A DNA stretch of 22,637 nt. It comes from a virus. Its lineage: Duplodnaviria; Heunggongvirae; Uroviricota; Caudoviricetes. The first letter of the stretch is position 1, and each line of letters begins with the position of its first letter. The stretch is taken from positions 1 to 22,637 of the IMG/VR virus record IMGVR_UViG_3300028888_000071. The stretch is one strand, 5' to 3'. The notes beneath the pieces were generated by a model that was given only the letters and a program-made list of their open reading frames with translations, was not told where the DNA came from and searched no databases. Shown one piece after another: positions 1-8,318 of this stretch. The translations under genes and the position numbers were made by a program.

Positions 1-1179
1 TACCAGATTGAAGCTGCTTACAACATATTGAAATACCGCAAATGTCTTTCTGAATTGGCTACATCTGCTGGGAAGACACTTATCTGCTTCATGGTGATAG
101 CCTATCTGTTTGACCAGAAAAAAATAAATGGCAAAGTGCTCATGATAGTCCCGACTGTGCAGCTTGTGCTGCAGTCTGCCGGGGACTTTGCTGAATACAA
201 CACTGAGAAACTCCCATTAGTCATACAGCAAGCATATGCTGGGTATAAAGAAAACCCGAAGTCTAACATAACGGTCGGGACGTTCCAGACATTGACCAAG
301 CAAGATCCGGAATGGTTCAAGCAGTTTGACTGCGTGATATGTGACGAAACGCATAGAAGCACAGCAGTTTCTATAAAGAGAATACTTGAGCATTGCTGGC
401 ACGCGCACTACAGGTTTGGCGTTTCGGGAACAATGCCCAAGCAGAACTCAGCAGATTTCTTGACTTTGCAGACTTATCTCGGGCCGCTTGTCACTGAAGT
501 GAAAGCGAAGATATTGCAAGACACTGGCTACATTTCAAACTGCGACATCGTGCAGATAAGGATGGACTATGTGTCAGACAAGAAGAAAGAAGAGTTCTCG
601 AATGCGTACAAACTGCTTATGCGAGAAGGCAAGGGAAAAGACGCTTTCACTATAGAGAAAAACTTCATCATCGAGAATGAGAAGCGTTTCAAGTTCATCA
701 ACGACATAATTGCTAAGACGACGAAGAACACACTTGTCTTGTTCCACCGTATTGTATATGGCAAGAAGATGTACAAGTACATCAAGGAGCATGCCACAGA
801 CAAGAGAGTGTACTACATTGATGGCAGTATAGACAAAGATGTCCGCAAAGAGATAACGGACCGCATGGACAAGTTTGATGATGTCATATTAGTAGCAAGT
901 TTCGCGACATTAAGTACTGGTGTTTCCGTGAACCATATCTACAATGTGATATTCACTGAATCATTCAAGAGCCCGTTTGTCATCATACAGTCAATAGGCC
1001 GCAGTCTTCGTCTGAAAGACAAAGAAAACAATTCCAAGAATCATGCTACGATTATTGATTTGGTAGATGATTTCCGTCACGACAAATATGTGAACTATCT
1101 CTACAAGCATGGACTTGAGAGAATGCGCCTTTACAAAGAGCAACAATATCCTGTTAAAATCCAAAAAATAAAGTTTTGA
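1..1179 (+). CDS. uvsW: UvsW-like superfamily 2 DNA helicase (5' partial)
   Basis: Frame 1 is open from base 1 (YQIEAAY.., Q-motif). Walker A is ATSAGKT, followed by IVPT, DETH (motif II), GVSGT (III), QSIGRSLR (VI) and IIDLVDD. The motif order and wording match T4 UvsW (PTSAGKS, DECH, QTIGRVLR, DLIDD). Confidence 0.9.
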   Translation, partial: YQIEAAYNILKYRKCLSELATSAGKTLICFMVIAYLFDQKKINGKVLMIVPTVQLVLQSAGDFAEYNTEKLPLVIQQAYAGYKENPKSNITVGTFQTLTKQDPEWFKQFDCVICDETHRSTAVSIKRILEHCWHAHYRFGVSGTMPKQNSADFLTLQTYLGPLVTEVKAKILQDTGYISNCDIVQIRMDYVSDKKKEEFSNAYKLLMREGKGKDAFTIEKNFIIENEKRFKFINDIIAKTTKNTLVLFHRIVYGKKMYKYIKEHATDKRVYYIDGSIDKDVRKEITDRMDKFDDVILVASFATLSTGVSVNHIYNVIFTESFKSPFVIIQSIGRSLRLKDKENNSKNHATIIDLVDDFRHDKYVNYLYKHGLERMRLYKEQQYPVKIQKIKF

Positions 1180-1180
1180 T

Positions 1181-1615
1181 ATGATTGATATTTACTATGA
1201 TTTGACCGAAGAGCAGAGAGAAGAACTTGACAAGTGGTATGAAGAGAACCCGTATTGCACTCACACCGCATGGCTTGGCACTTTAGAAAAGATACACGAC
1301 AACACAAGTGCTGAAAAAGATGAAGCGGATTTTGCTTCATTAGAAAACAAAGTGCTGTGCTGCACGAAAAGATTCCGCACTACTTTCTACCTGATGCGGA
1401 ACCTTATAGAATCCGGCAACATCAAATATTATGTTGCAGAGTCACATTCATTTGAAATCGTGAATGGCGCGATTAGCTCATACAAGAAAGAATATGTGAA
1501 TGTCGATTTCACAAAATTGAAAACTTTTTTGAACATGAAAGAGTCAAGCAAGACTGAATTGCAAGATTTTATCAAACTATACACTAAACCTTTAATTGAA
1601 AAATTGAATGAATAA
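1181..1615 (+). CDS. Hypothetical protein (144 aa)
   Basis: The ORF starts 1 nt after the uvsW stop and overlaps the next gene by 8 nt. No motif recognised. Confidence 0.75.
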   Translation: MIDIYYDLTEEQREELDKWYEENPYCTHTAWLGTLEKIHDNTSAEKDEADFASLENKVLCCTKRFRTTFYLMRNLIESGNIKYYVAESHSFEIVNGAISSYKKEYVNVDFTKLKTFLNMKESSKTELQDFIKLYTKPLIEKLNE

Positions 1616-2720
1616 TTACATTTACAAGAAAGACCGTCTGAAAATGACGTCACTCACCATCGTGTATGACGCCGGTTCTAATCTCGAGCCAGCTGGAAAG
1701 AAAGGGACGATGCATCTCATGGAGCATATGCTTTGCAAGACATTCAAAGACATGTACCCAATGTTCACTCAGAACTGCATAGACTGGAACGCATACACTA
1801 ACGAGGAGAGAATCTTAGTCTATTTTGAAGGCGTTGCTAGCAGACTCACTCCTGGCATCAAGCTTGAAATACTTAGAAAGCTGACTGGTGGAATCAGCCA
1901 CATCACAGAAGAAGAGTTCGAGACAGAAAGGAATGTCGTTTTCCAAGAATACATGGACACTATAGTCGACACGACAAATGCATGTGAGCTGAACATGCTG
2001 CGAAAGTACTGGGACTACTATGGCATAATTGGATGTGAAGAAGACATAAAGAGCTTCACGTACCAAGACATGCTAGACACATATGAAAAGTATCTGCGCA
2101 ATCCGGTGAAGATTGTCGAAATTGGTCCAGACAAGACTCCGGAACTTGCTACTTTCTGTGCCGACAACAAACTGAAACACAAGAAGTTCTCATTCGGCAA
2201 CTACAAGAACGAACTGATACGGACTGACGAGCTCCTGAAAGTGCCGGTGTACATGATGTCAGAAGCAGCAGTCACCCCAGCAGACTATCCGTATTTGAGA
2301 GTTGGTCTGAAGATGCTGACTGAAGGAATGGAATCTCCGTATTATGATGAATTGAGAGTGAAACGTGGATTGAGCTATTACATATTTGGCGGCATCGACA
2401 AGAATGTGATGAGCGGCATCATGTCAATAGCAGCATGCACTACTGCAGACAAAGCAGAAGAACTTTCTCATGTGATGGCAGACTTGTCTGACCAGCTATA
2501 CAGCCACTTGTCTGAAGAGCGGTATGTGCAGATAATGGAGAACATGAAAATAAAGAAAGAGAAAGAGAATATTCTGAAATACATGTACACTGCCAAATAC
2601 ACAGGTTTGTCTAAACTTAAAATGCCAAATGATTTAGACAAGATAAGTCTAGAGGATGTGCGTTACAAGATGTCAAGATATTTCAGCAAACTCCGTGTCA
2701 TTAGAGGTGATGATATCTAG
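1608..2720 (+). CDS. M16 family (insulinase-like) zinc metallopeptidase
   Basis: It has the inverted zinc motif HLMEH (HxxEH) in GKKGTMHLMEHM, then WNAYT and EFETERNVVFQE (distal Glu ligand). The C-domain signature is YYDELRVKRGLSYYI. Confidence 0.88.
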   Translation: MNNYIYKKDRLKMTSLTIVYDAGSNLEPAGKKGTMHLMEHMLCKTFKDMYPMFTQNCIDWNAYTNEERILVYFEGVASRLTPGIKLEILRKLTGGISHITEEEFETERNVVFQEYMDTIVDTTNACELNMLRKYWDYYGIIGCEEDIKSFTYQDMLDTYEKYLRNPVKIVEIGPDKTPELATFCADNKLKHKKFSFGNYKNELIRTDELLKVPVYMMSEAAVTPADYPYLRVGLKMLTEGMESPYYDELRVKRGLSYYIFGGIDKNVMSGIMSIAACTTADKAEELSHVMADLSDQLYSHLSEERYVQIMENMKIKKEKENILKYMYTAKYTGLSKLKMPNDLDKISLEDVRYKMSRYFSKLRVIRGDDI

Positions 2721-2741
2721 CCATAGGATTTTATATAAAAG

Positions 2742-2773
2742 AAAAGAGCCTTGAAAATTTCAAGGCTCTTTTT
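2742..2773. terminator. Bidirectional rho-independent terminator
   Basis: A 14-bp perfect stem, AAAAGAGCCTTGAA / TTCAAGGCTCTTTT, has A and T tracts on both sides and lies between convergent genes. Confidence 0.9.
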
Positions 2774-2791
2774 GTTTAATTTCATATTGTC

Positions 2792-4426
2792 TTATTTGAT
2801 GTTTTCTACTTTCACCGGCGACACACTCACTCTTATGTTTCGTCTGTCAATGAATGATGATGTCACATATTTGTTGACGTTCACTACCGGCACAGCTGCT
2901 GTTGTCGTCTTTGGCGCGCCGATTGGCGACACGACTTCAGTTATGTTAAGCGTTGGAGCAGCTTCAATCCTGTTGTAAACATGCACGTCATTTGAATAGA
3001 TGTTCGCAGAAACCATGTGAAGTCCAAACCGTCTTGGATTCGTTATCTCGCAAGTGCTTCCCTTTATGATTGACGTGCTGTCTTTGTTGCTTATGAGACG
3101 CAATGTGTAAGATATGTTTGCTGAAACTAAATCGCTTGTATGTGCCAATACCGGTCTGAACTTTATGACAGGCGAAAGCCCGAGAGTCCCGTCGTCTTCA
3201 TATATTTCTCTAATGTTGTCCCAAGTTTGTATGTAGGTCATCGGCGGCTGCACTGTCGTGTGGACTTCGTTGCTGTTGCTGCCATCTGTCCATTTTTCTG
3301 TCACTGTTATGATATGCACGATTGAGAACCCCGGCTCGCCTGTGTCTTGGTCTGCGCTGAATCTTCTAAGATATTCAAACAGAGAGTTCTCGTCATATAT
3401 TGGATGTTCGGGATCATTCTCATAATATCCATATATAGAGAAATAATCCCCGTCATCAGCATTGCGTATGCAAGCAAACAGTTTGTCGTATGCATCTCTA
3501 TTTGGCATCATCGTCGAAACAATCATTCTCGTATTGTAGATCTTGAAGTCATGTTTCATAGTGTATCCGACAATCGCATGCAAGTCTATGCCGATGGCGG
3601 GATTAGCATAGAAGCCACACACTGTCCCGTCATCATTGCCGCTGAAGTTGCGAGTCAAGAATGACGGCAATGTGTTTGGTCCGGGAGCAGATGCTGGATC
3701 GCTTCTCTTGTAGTCTTGCCAGTTGTTCGCAGTCGAATCGCGCATAGAAGGAGTCAGTCCCCCAGTGCAGTCAGATGAGAGATAAGCAGTGCTTGGTATC
3801 CTGTATTCTATGTATTCAGTGTAGATTTTGTCTGCGAACCACATTGGCTCAGTCATAAGTTTCCTGTCATCATTGTTGTTTATGATCACAGACAGCAGAT
3901 TCACGTAACTGTTTAGCCTGTTTTTCGTGTATGCGTTCAACACAAAGCCATCGTATTCTGAATGATACCCGCTCTGGAAATAGATTCTCAATATATCGTA
4001 TGGTATGTATTCTGTATGGTCAGGCGTACTATACAAATCAATTCTCCATTTGTCGTCATATGAATCATAATAGTCTCCAGCTGGATTCTCTTTCATTTCC
4101 ACCCATTGTGACACATCTCTCTTCACTGGTAGAATCGAGTTTGCTTCAATGTTGTTTGTTGACAAGTGTGATGCATTGTCATTCATGAAATACACTTCTT
4201 TCGTGTAGCCACTTCTGCACATCATGTATGTGTTCACATCACTTCTGCCATAGGTGCCAGTGAAATTGCCATCAGCATCAGTCTCTACCCTGTCATCATC
4301 AATGTCACCGCTCACGAATCTGTCTAGCACATAAGTGTATTCTAACAGGATGTTGTCTGTGAGCTGTAGATATTTTTTGCCATTCGCAGTTGGCTTAAAA
4401 ATAGATGATGTTGAATTTTGTGCCAT
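2792..4426 (-). CDS. Hypothetical protein, probably a late or virion structural protein (~544 aa)
   Basis: Long ORF. The start is reassigned to ATG 4426 (MAQNSTSS) because a minus-strand TATAAATA lies ~20 nt upstream and the longer ORF-track start runs through AT-rich promoter DNA. Function is inferred only from the late promoter. Confidence 0.7.
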   Translation of the reverse strand: MAQNSTSSIFKPTANGKKYLQLTDNILLEYTYVLDRFVSGDIDDDRVETDADGNFTGTYGRSDVNTYMMCRSGYTKEVYFMNDNASHLSTNNIEANSILPVKRDVSQWVEMKENPAGDYYDSYDDKWRIDLYSTPDHTEYIPYDILRIYFQSGYHSEYDGFVLNAYTKNRLNSYVNLLSVIINNNDDRKLMTEPMWFADKIYTEYIEYRIPSTAYLSSDCTGGLTPSMRDSTANNWQDYKRSDPASAPGPNTLPSFLTRNFSGNDDGTVCGFYANPAIGIDLHAIVGYTMKHDFKIYNTRMIVSTMMPNRDAYDKLFACIRNADDGDYFSIYGYYENDPEHPIYDENSLFEYLRRFSADQDTGEPGFSIVHIITVTEKWTDGSNSNEVHTTVQPPMTYIQTWDNIREIYEDDGTLGLSPVIKFRPVLAHTSDLVSANISYTLRLISNKDSTSIIKGSTCEITNPRRFGLHMVSANIYSNDVHVYNRIEAAPTLNITEVVSPIGAPKTTTAAVPVVNVNKYVTSSFIDRRNIRVSVSPVKVENIK

Positions 4427-4445
4427 TGTATCTAATTTATAGTAA

Positions 4446-4453
4446 TATTTATA
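4446..4453 (-). promoter_or_regulatory. T4-type late promoter TATAAATA
   Basis: Exact T4 gp55 consensus, ~20 nt upstream of ATG 4426. Confidence 0.7.
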
Positions 4454-4464
4454 AACTAACATAT

Positions 4465-4472
4465 TATAAATA
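4465..4472 (+). promoter_or_regulatory. T4-type late promoter TATAAATA
   Basis: Exact consensus 34 nt upstream of ATG 4507, followed by a near copy TATAAATG at 4474-4481. Confidence 0.7.
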
Positions 4473-4506
4473 TTATAAATGTTTTATCTTAACAAGTAAT
4501 CATAAT

Positions 4507-6498
4507 ATGAAATCAATACAGAGCATATTGCAGACAAACGGTGTAGAATTCATTGATGACATAATGAACGACTATCTTGTCGTTTATGAGAAACTGAACG
4601 CGTCGACACTGTCATTCAAGAGAATCGGCAATGAACTCAAATTCTACAAAGGCCGTGACAATGAAGAGATAACGAACTTGAATGAAACATTGTATTCATA
4701 TTTCAAAGAGGGAATAGAATACATTAGAAGGACAAGTCTCATATTCTATATGGAATTTCCGGAAGGCTGGCTGTTCAGGACTCAATATTTCAACCCGAAT
4801 GCTCCTGGTCTGGTCAACTACGACACTCAGCCGCAGAACAATCTCGTCCTTTCGTGCATCGACACAGGAAACAGCGTCATAGAAGATCTAACTGTCTTGA
4901 AGAAATGGGCTGGCAGACTGCACATTGACGTGTCAGAGCCGGTGTTCAGCGGGTTCCTTTCTGAATTCCAGAAAGAGAAAATCTTCAACTACATCAACGG
5001 CAAATGCGAGTGTGATGGAATACCATTTTCTCAGTACATCATAAGCATACTCAACCCTGCGGTTTCGCACAGCGCTTACAGTGACACATTCAACACGAAC
5101 ATGGACTCATTCATATTCAAGTTCTACAAAGCAGGTTCGAAAAAGTCATTCTGCATGAAACTTGTGGATCCCTACATGGACGAACTCATAAAGCAGAACA
5201 AAGACAAGTTCGGCGCTAATTCTGGAACTGAGAACGAGATCATACTTGCGAATTTCGTCGCTTGGCTGCAGACAATTGACATGAATGAAATCCAGATATC
5301 AGGCGACACGAGTGACGAGAGATACTTTGACTTGTTGTGCAAGCTGTTCAACAAATACATGAAGAAACAGCAGAACTTGTTCAAAGACATGAAGTCAAAT
5401 GTCAATGAGTCATACACAGTCAACATTGACAGAATAAAAAATGAAGAGACTGCAAAACTGCTGAAAGACAATCCGGTGATGACGACCGCTTTCCAAGTGA
5501 TTGTCGGGAGTTTCATGAACACCAAAGAAAACGAGAATGATCCGATGTCTATAATGGACGACACATTGAAAGACATGTTCAACAAAGAAGTGTCATCGAT
5601 AAAGAGACTCACTGACAGCAAAGACGAGCAAGTCAAGTCATTCACAGAACTGCTTAAGTCAAGCATGAATGACATCGAAACTGCAGCAAAAGACAGCAAG
5701 TCAGAAAAAGTGATGTCATTCTCAGAACTGATGGACAAGATTGGATCTTCTAATGATGAAGAAGATATGCTAGATGAACCAGAAGAACACAACGATGCTC
5801 CTGAAAGTAATCCAATATCTGATGAAGAAAATGATTCTAATGCAAAAGATGAAGTCGAGAAAATAGATGGTCCAGATCTTGACATCGAGCCAGAACATTC
5901 TGGAAAGCCAGATGAGCCAGAAAAGAAAGAAGAAAGTGAAGACACATCTAAAACAGAAACTTCACCGGACAGCAATGCCAGCAAAAGCAGCGCTGAATCT
6001 GGTGGTGAAGAAAAATCTGATGAAAGCGAGTCTGAGCAGAATGAATCCGAAGACGAGGAAGAAGAGAAGAGCGAAGAAAAATCTGATGAGTCCGAAGACG
6101 AAGAAAAAGAAAGTGAAGAGAAATCTGATGAACCTGAAGAAAAAGAAAGTGAAGAGAAATCAGACGAGTCTGAAGACGAGCAGAAAGATGAAAAAGAATC
6201 CACGGAAGACGAAAAAGACAAAGACGAAAACGACAAGCAAGATGATTCTTCAAACGAAGACGATGGCACGTCAGACAAAAAAGATGAAACTGAAAACAAG
6301 CAGCCTGAGCCGAAAAAAGACGAGTCACAGCCAGTTGAAGGTGAAGAGATAAAAGATTCTGCTCCTGAACCCAAACATGAAGAAAAGCCTCAGCAGAAAG
6401 AAAGTGCTGGAAAGCCAGAAAAACCAGAAAAGAAAAAGCCCGAGCCAAAGCCCGCACAAAGCAAACAGCAGAATGCTGATGGCGGAGGCAGTTTATAA
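4507..6498 (+). CDS. Large protein (~663 aa): N-terminal RNA-ligase/nucleotidyltransferase-like domain (tentative) plus a long acidic low-complexity C-terminal tail
   Basis: The start is reassigned to ATG 4507 (MKSIQSIL), downstream of the late promoter. Motif-like segments are YEKLNAS, FRTQYF, LVLSCI, PVFSG, MDSFIFKF and MKLVDP. The C-terminal ~250 aa are very E/D/S/K-rich. The CDS is certain; the fold call is tentative. Confidence 0.6.
   Translation: MKSIQSILQTNGVEFIDDIMNDYLVVYEKLNASTLSFKRIGNELKFYKGRDNEEITNLNETLYSYFKEGIEYIRRTSLIFYMEFPEGWLFRTQYFNPNAPGLVNYDTQPQNNLVLSCIDTGNSVIEDLTVLKKWAGRLHIDVSEPVFSGFLSEFQKEKIFNYINGKCECDGIPFSQYIISILNPAVSHSAYSDTFNTNMDSFIFKFYKAGSKKSFCMKLVDPYMDELIKQNKDKFGANSGTENEIILANFVAWLQTIDMNEIQISGDTSDERYFDLLCKLFNKYMKKQQNLFKDMKSNVNESYTVNIDRIKNEETAKLLKDNPVMTTAFQVIVGSFMNTKENENDPMSIMDDTLKDMFNKEVSSIKRLTDSKDEQVKSFTELLKSSMNDIETAAKDSKSEKVMSFSELMDKIGSSNDEEDMLDEPEEHNDAPESNPISDEENDSNAKDEVEKIDGPDLDIEPEHSGKPDEPEKKEESEDTSKTETSPDSNASKSSAESGGEEKSDESESEQNESEDEEEEKSEEKSDESEDEEKESEEKSDEPEEKESEEKSDESEDEQKDEKESTEDEKDKDENDKQDDSSNEDDGTSDKKDETENKQPEPKKDESQPVEGEEIKDSAPEPKHEEKPQQKESAGKPEKPEKKKPEPKPAQSKQQNADGGGSL
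6007..6180 (+). repeat. Degenerate coding tandem repeats (EEKSDE[S/P]E) in the acidic tail
   Basis: Four EEKSDE copies start at 6007, 6073, 6115 and 6151. A 26-nt exact repeat, GAAGAAAAAGAAAGTGAAGAGAAATC, occurs at 6100-6125 and 6136-6161. Confidence 0.85.
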
Positions 6499-6510
6499 AA
6501 TAATCATACT

Positions 6511-6669
6511 ATGAAAAAAATCATTTTTGTCGCATTTGCTCTTGTAGCAACGATGTGCGCATGTGGCACTAAAACCACAGAAGTCGAATTGACAGAACAA
6601 GACACTTTGACAGTTGTCGCTGACAGCAACAACGTTGACACATTTGTAGTTGTAGATACTTTGAAATAG
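6511..6669 (+). CDS. Small lipoprotein (52 aa), missing from the ORF track
   Basis: Hand translation gives MKKIIFVAFALVATMCACGTKTTEVELTEQDTLTVVADSNNVDTFVVVDTLK. This has an MKK n-region, a hydrophobic h-region, a lipobox-like Cys and a short acidic DT-repeat body. A terminator follows. Confidence 0.8.
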   Translation: MKKIIFVAFALVATMCACGTKTTEVELTEQDTLTVVADSNNVDTFVVVDTLK

Positions 6670-6691
6670 TGTCTTAAGAAACTATAACTGT

Positions 6692-6724
6692 AACGGATGT
6701 GGGTAAATCTGCATCCGTTTTTTA
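6692..6724 (+). terminator. Rho-independent terminator
   Basis: The stem is AACGGATG / CATCCGTT, extended by G-U pairs, with a TAAA loop and a following T tract. Confidence 0.85.
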
Positions 6725-6744
6725 TTATTTTAATTATATATTAG

Positions 6745-7203
6745 ATGACTATGGCAAAAACTATATCTTGTGGAATAATACCGTACACGTTCAACGAAAA
6801 TGAACCTGTCTTCTTTCTTGGACATCCTGGAGGAAACCGCACAGACTATTGGGGACTGCTGAAAGGACAGCATGAAGGCGACGAGTCTTTTGTCGAGACT
6901 GCAATTAGAGAGTTCAGAGAAGAGAGTGGCGTCGACTTGTCAAAATATGAAGACAAGTTAGTGTATCTCGGTTCTGTCGAGCAGTCAAAGCACAAGACTG
7001 TTCATGCTTTCGCATTGCATATGGACAACATGCAATGCATAGATCCAGACAGGTGCCGTTCTAACATGGCAGACGGGTGCCCTTGGCCAGAAATATCCAG
7101 ATATGCATGGATGACATACAGTGCTTCAGTGATAAAGACGCACAAGACCCATAAAATTTTTTATGATGAAATTCTAAATTTGATAGAAAATGGACATATT
7201 TGA
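6745..7203 (+). CDS. NUDIX hydrolase
   Basis: It has a complete Nudix box, G-QHEGD-E-SFVETAI-RE-FR-EE-SGV (GX5EX7REUXEEXGU), and an upstream LGHPGG motif. Substrate unknown. Confidence 0.92.
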   Translation: MTMAKTISCGIIPYTFNENEPVFFLGHPGGNRTDYWGLLKGQHEGDESFVETAIREFREESGVDLSKYEDKLVYLGSVEQSKHKTVHAFALHMDNMQCIDPDRCRSNMADGCPWPEISRYAWMTYSASVIKTHKTHKIFYDEILNLIENGHI

Positions 7204-7423
7204 TTTTGACGAACAGATAGAGAAACATGTTGCAGAACTAGCAACAATACGCACTTTGAAGAAATGTTTCAAAGAGCTTGACTTGGAGATACCAACAAAC
7301 ATCAGGAAAAAACTTGATGTGAAAGAAAAGAAAAACGGCGCATCGCTTGACGAGCTTATGCGCAAGCGGAACCGTGTTTCTGCTGAAATGCAGGCTAACA
7401 TAGAAGAAAAAAACATGATATGA
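7190..7423 (+). CDS. Hypothetical small coiled-coil protein (77 aa)
   Basis: It overlaps both neighbours (ATGA coupling at 7420) and has a charged helical composition. Confidence 0.7.
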   Translation: MDIFDFDEQIEKHVAELATIRTLKKCFKELDLEIPTNIRKKLDVKEKKNGASLDELMRKRNRVSAEMQANIEEKNMI

Positions 7424-8064
7424 GCAAGAATTTAGATGAGATAGACAATCTCGTGAACGAATTCACAGACGGGCTGATTGACAACATAGTCGACGACAAC
7501 ACATTGGTGTTCAGTGCTCAAGACGCAGAAGCAGCACGAATTGCAAGAGAAGAAAGAGCAAAAGAAGCTCAAGAGAAAACACTTGCTGCGAAAAAAGTAG
7601 CTCAAGACTTGGTGTCGTCAGCAAAAGACTTGTATTCAAAAAGCAGTGAAGACGTAGACTACATAAAGTTCAAAGCGAAAGCAGACACGAACTCATTGGG
7701 GAAGATACTTTACCAGATAGAAGTCACTGAAGAAGCAATCACCACTGTTGTCAACGCAATAAATGACGGCGACACTAACACGAACTTGTTCAAGTGCCTC
7801 ACCGACTTGCAGAAAACGATGATGGAACTTCTCAAGACAAAGAACCTTTACTTGTCATCAATCGAAGAGTCGTTCAAGCAGTTGACGAACGATGTAGAAA
7901 TGTCATCAGCGATAGAAGTAGATGCTGAAGACGAGAATGATGTGCTGACTGCTAAGGCGAAGAACGGGCGTGAACTTATGAAAATGATAAATGAAGCAGC
8001 AAACCGTATAGAAGAAGAAAAGAAACAAAACCAGTTGACAAATGGAACAGATACAAATGCTTAA
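7420..8064 (+). CDS. Helical protein, possibly terminase small subunit-like (T4 gp16-like)
   Basis: The ORF is clearly real (coupled starts and stops). The segment KILYQIEVTEEAITTVVNAINDGDTNTNLFKCLTDLQKTMMELLK loosely echoes the helix-turn-helix core of gp16-family proteins. The functional call is weak. Confidence 0.35.
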   Translation: MSKNLDEIDNLVNEFTDGLIDNIVDDNTLVFSAQDAEAARIAREERAKEAQEKTLAAKKVAQDLVSSAKDLYSKSSEDVDYIKFKAKADTNSLGKILYQIEVTEEAITTVVNAINDGDTNTNLFKCLTDLQKTMMELLKTKNLYLSSIEESFKQLTNDVEMSSAIEVDAEDENDVLTAKAKNGRELMKMINEAANRIEEEKKQNQLTNGTDTNA

Positions 8065-8296
8065 TGGCTATGTGCTCATAAAAGACTTGCCACTAGAAGA
8101 AACAGTGACTGGAGCAGGGATAATCATCCCGAAAACAGCTTACCAGAGAATTGCTGAGATATGCGCTGTCGCGAAAGACAGCAGATTCAAAGTTGGAGAG
8201 AAAATAGTGAAGCCAATCGGGAAGACAACACCAGTCACAATAGACAACGTTGACTACGAATGCATAAAAGAATCGTTCATATTTGCAAAAATATAA
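8042..8296 (+). CDS. groES: Co-chaperonin GroES/Cpn10 (gp31-like role)
   Basis: The segments MLNGYVLIK, mobile loop ETVTGAGIIIP, ICAVA, FKVGEKIV, TIDNVDY and IKESFIFAKI are collinear with GroES (PLHDRVIVK, TKSAGGIVL, VLAVG, VKVGDIV, KIDNEEV, MSESDILAIV). Confidence 0.85.
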   Translation: MEQIQMLNGYVLIKDLPLEETVTGAGIIIPKTAYQRIAEICAVAKDSRFKVGEKIVKPIGKTTPVTIDNVDYECIKESFIFAKI

Positions 8297-8299
8297 ATA
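8292..8299 (+). promoter_or_regulatory. T4-type late promoter TATAAATA
   Basis: Exact consensus 19 nt upstream of ATG 8319. Confidence 0.65.
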
Positions 8300-8318
8300 C
8301 TATATAAGTTATAGTATT

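Noticed and set aside
4405-4506. Longer N-termini given by the ORF track for 4405..6498, 2792..4462, 8283..8891, 9125..9733 and 17125..17493
   Set aside because: The extensions run through promoter DNA or deep into upstream genes. Downstream ATGs fit the promoter spacing and family boundaries better.
6007-6180. Repeats considered as a CRISPR array
   Set aside because: They are degenerate, in-frame coding repeats without unique spacers of constant length.
5172-6374. 400-aa Ser/Phe-rich ORF on the minus strand (and alternate-frame ORFs 5867..6352 and 5948..6457)
   Set aside because: These are shadows of the GAA/GAC/TCT-rich acidic repeat on the plus strand, which naturally lacks reverse-strand stops. 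They have no start context or motif.
6745-7203. NUDIX enzyme as the dNTPase of the proposed DNA-modification pathway
   Set aside because: It lies 10 kb from the GT operon and nothing in the sequence indicates its substrate.
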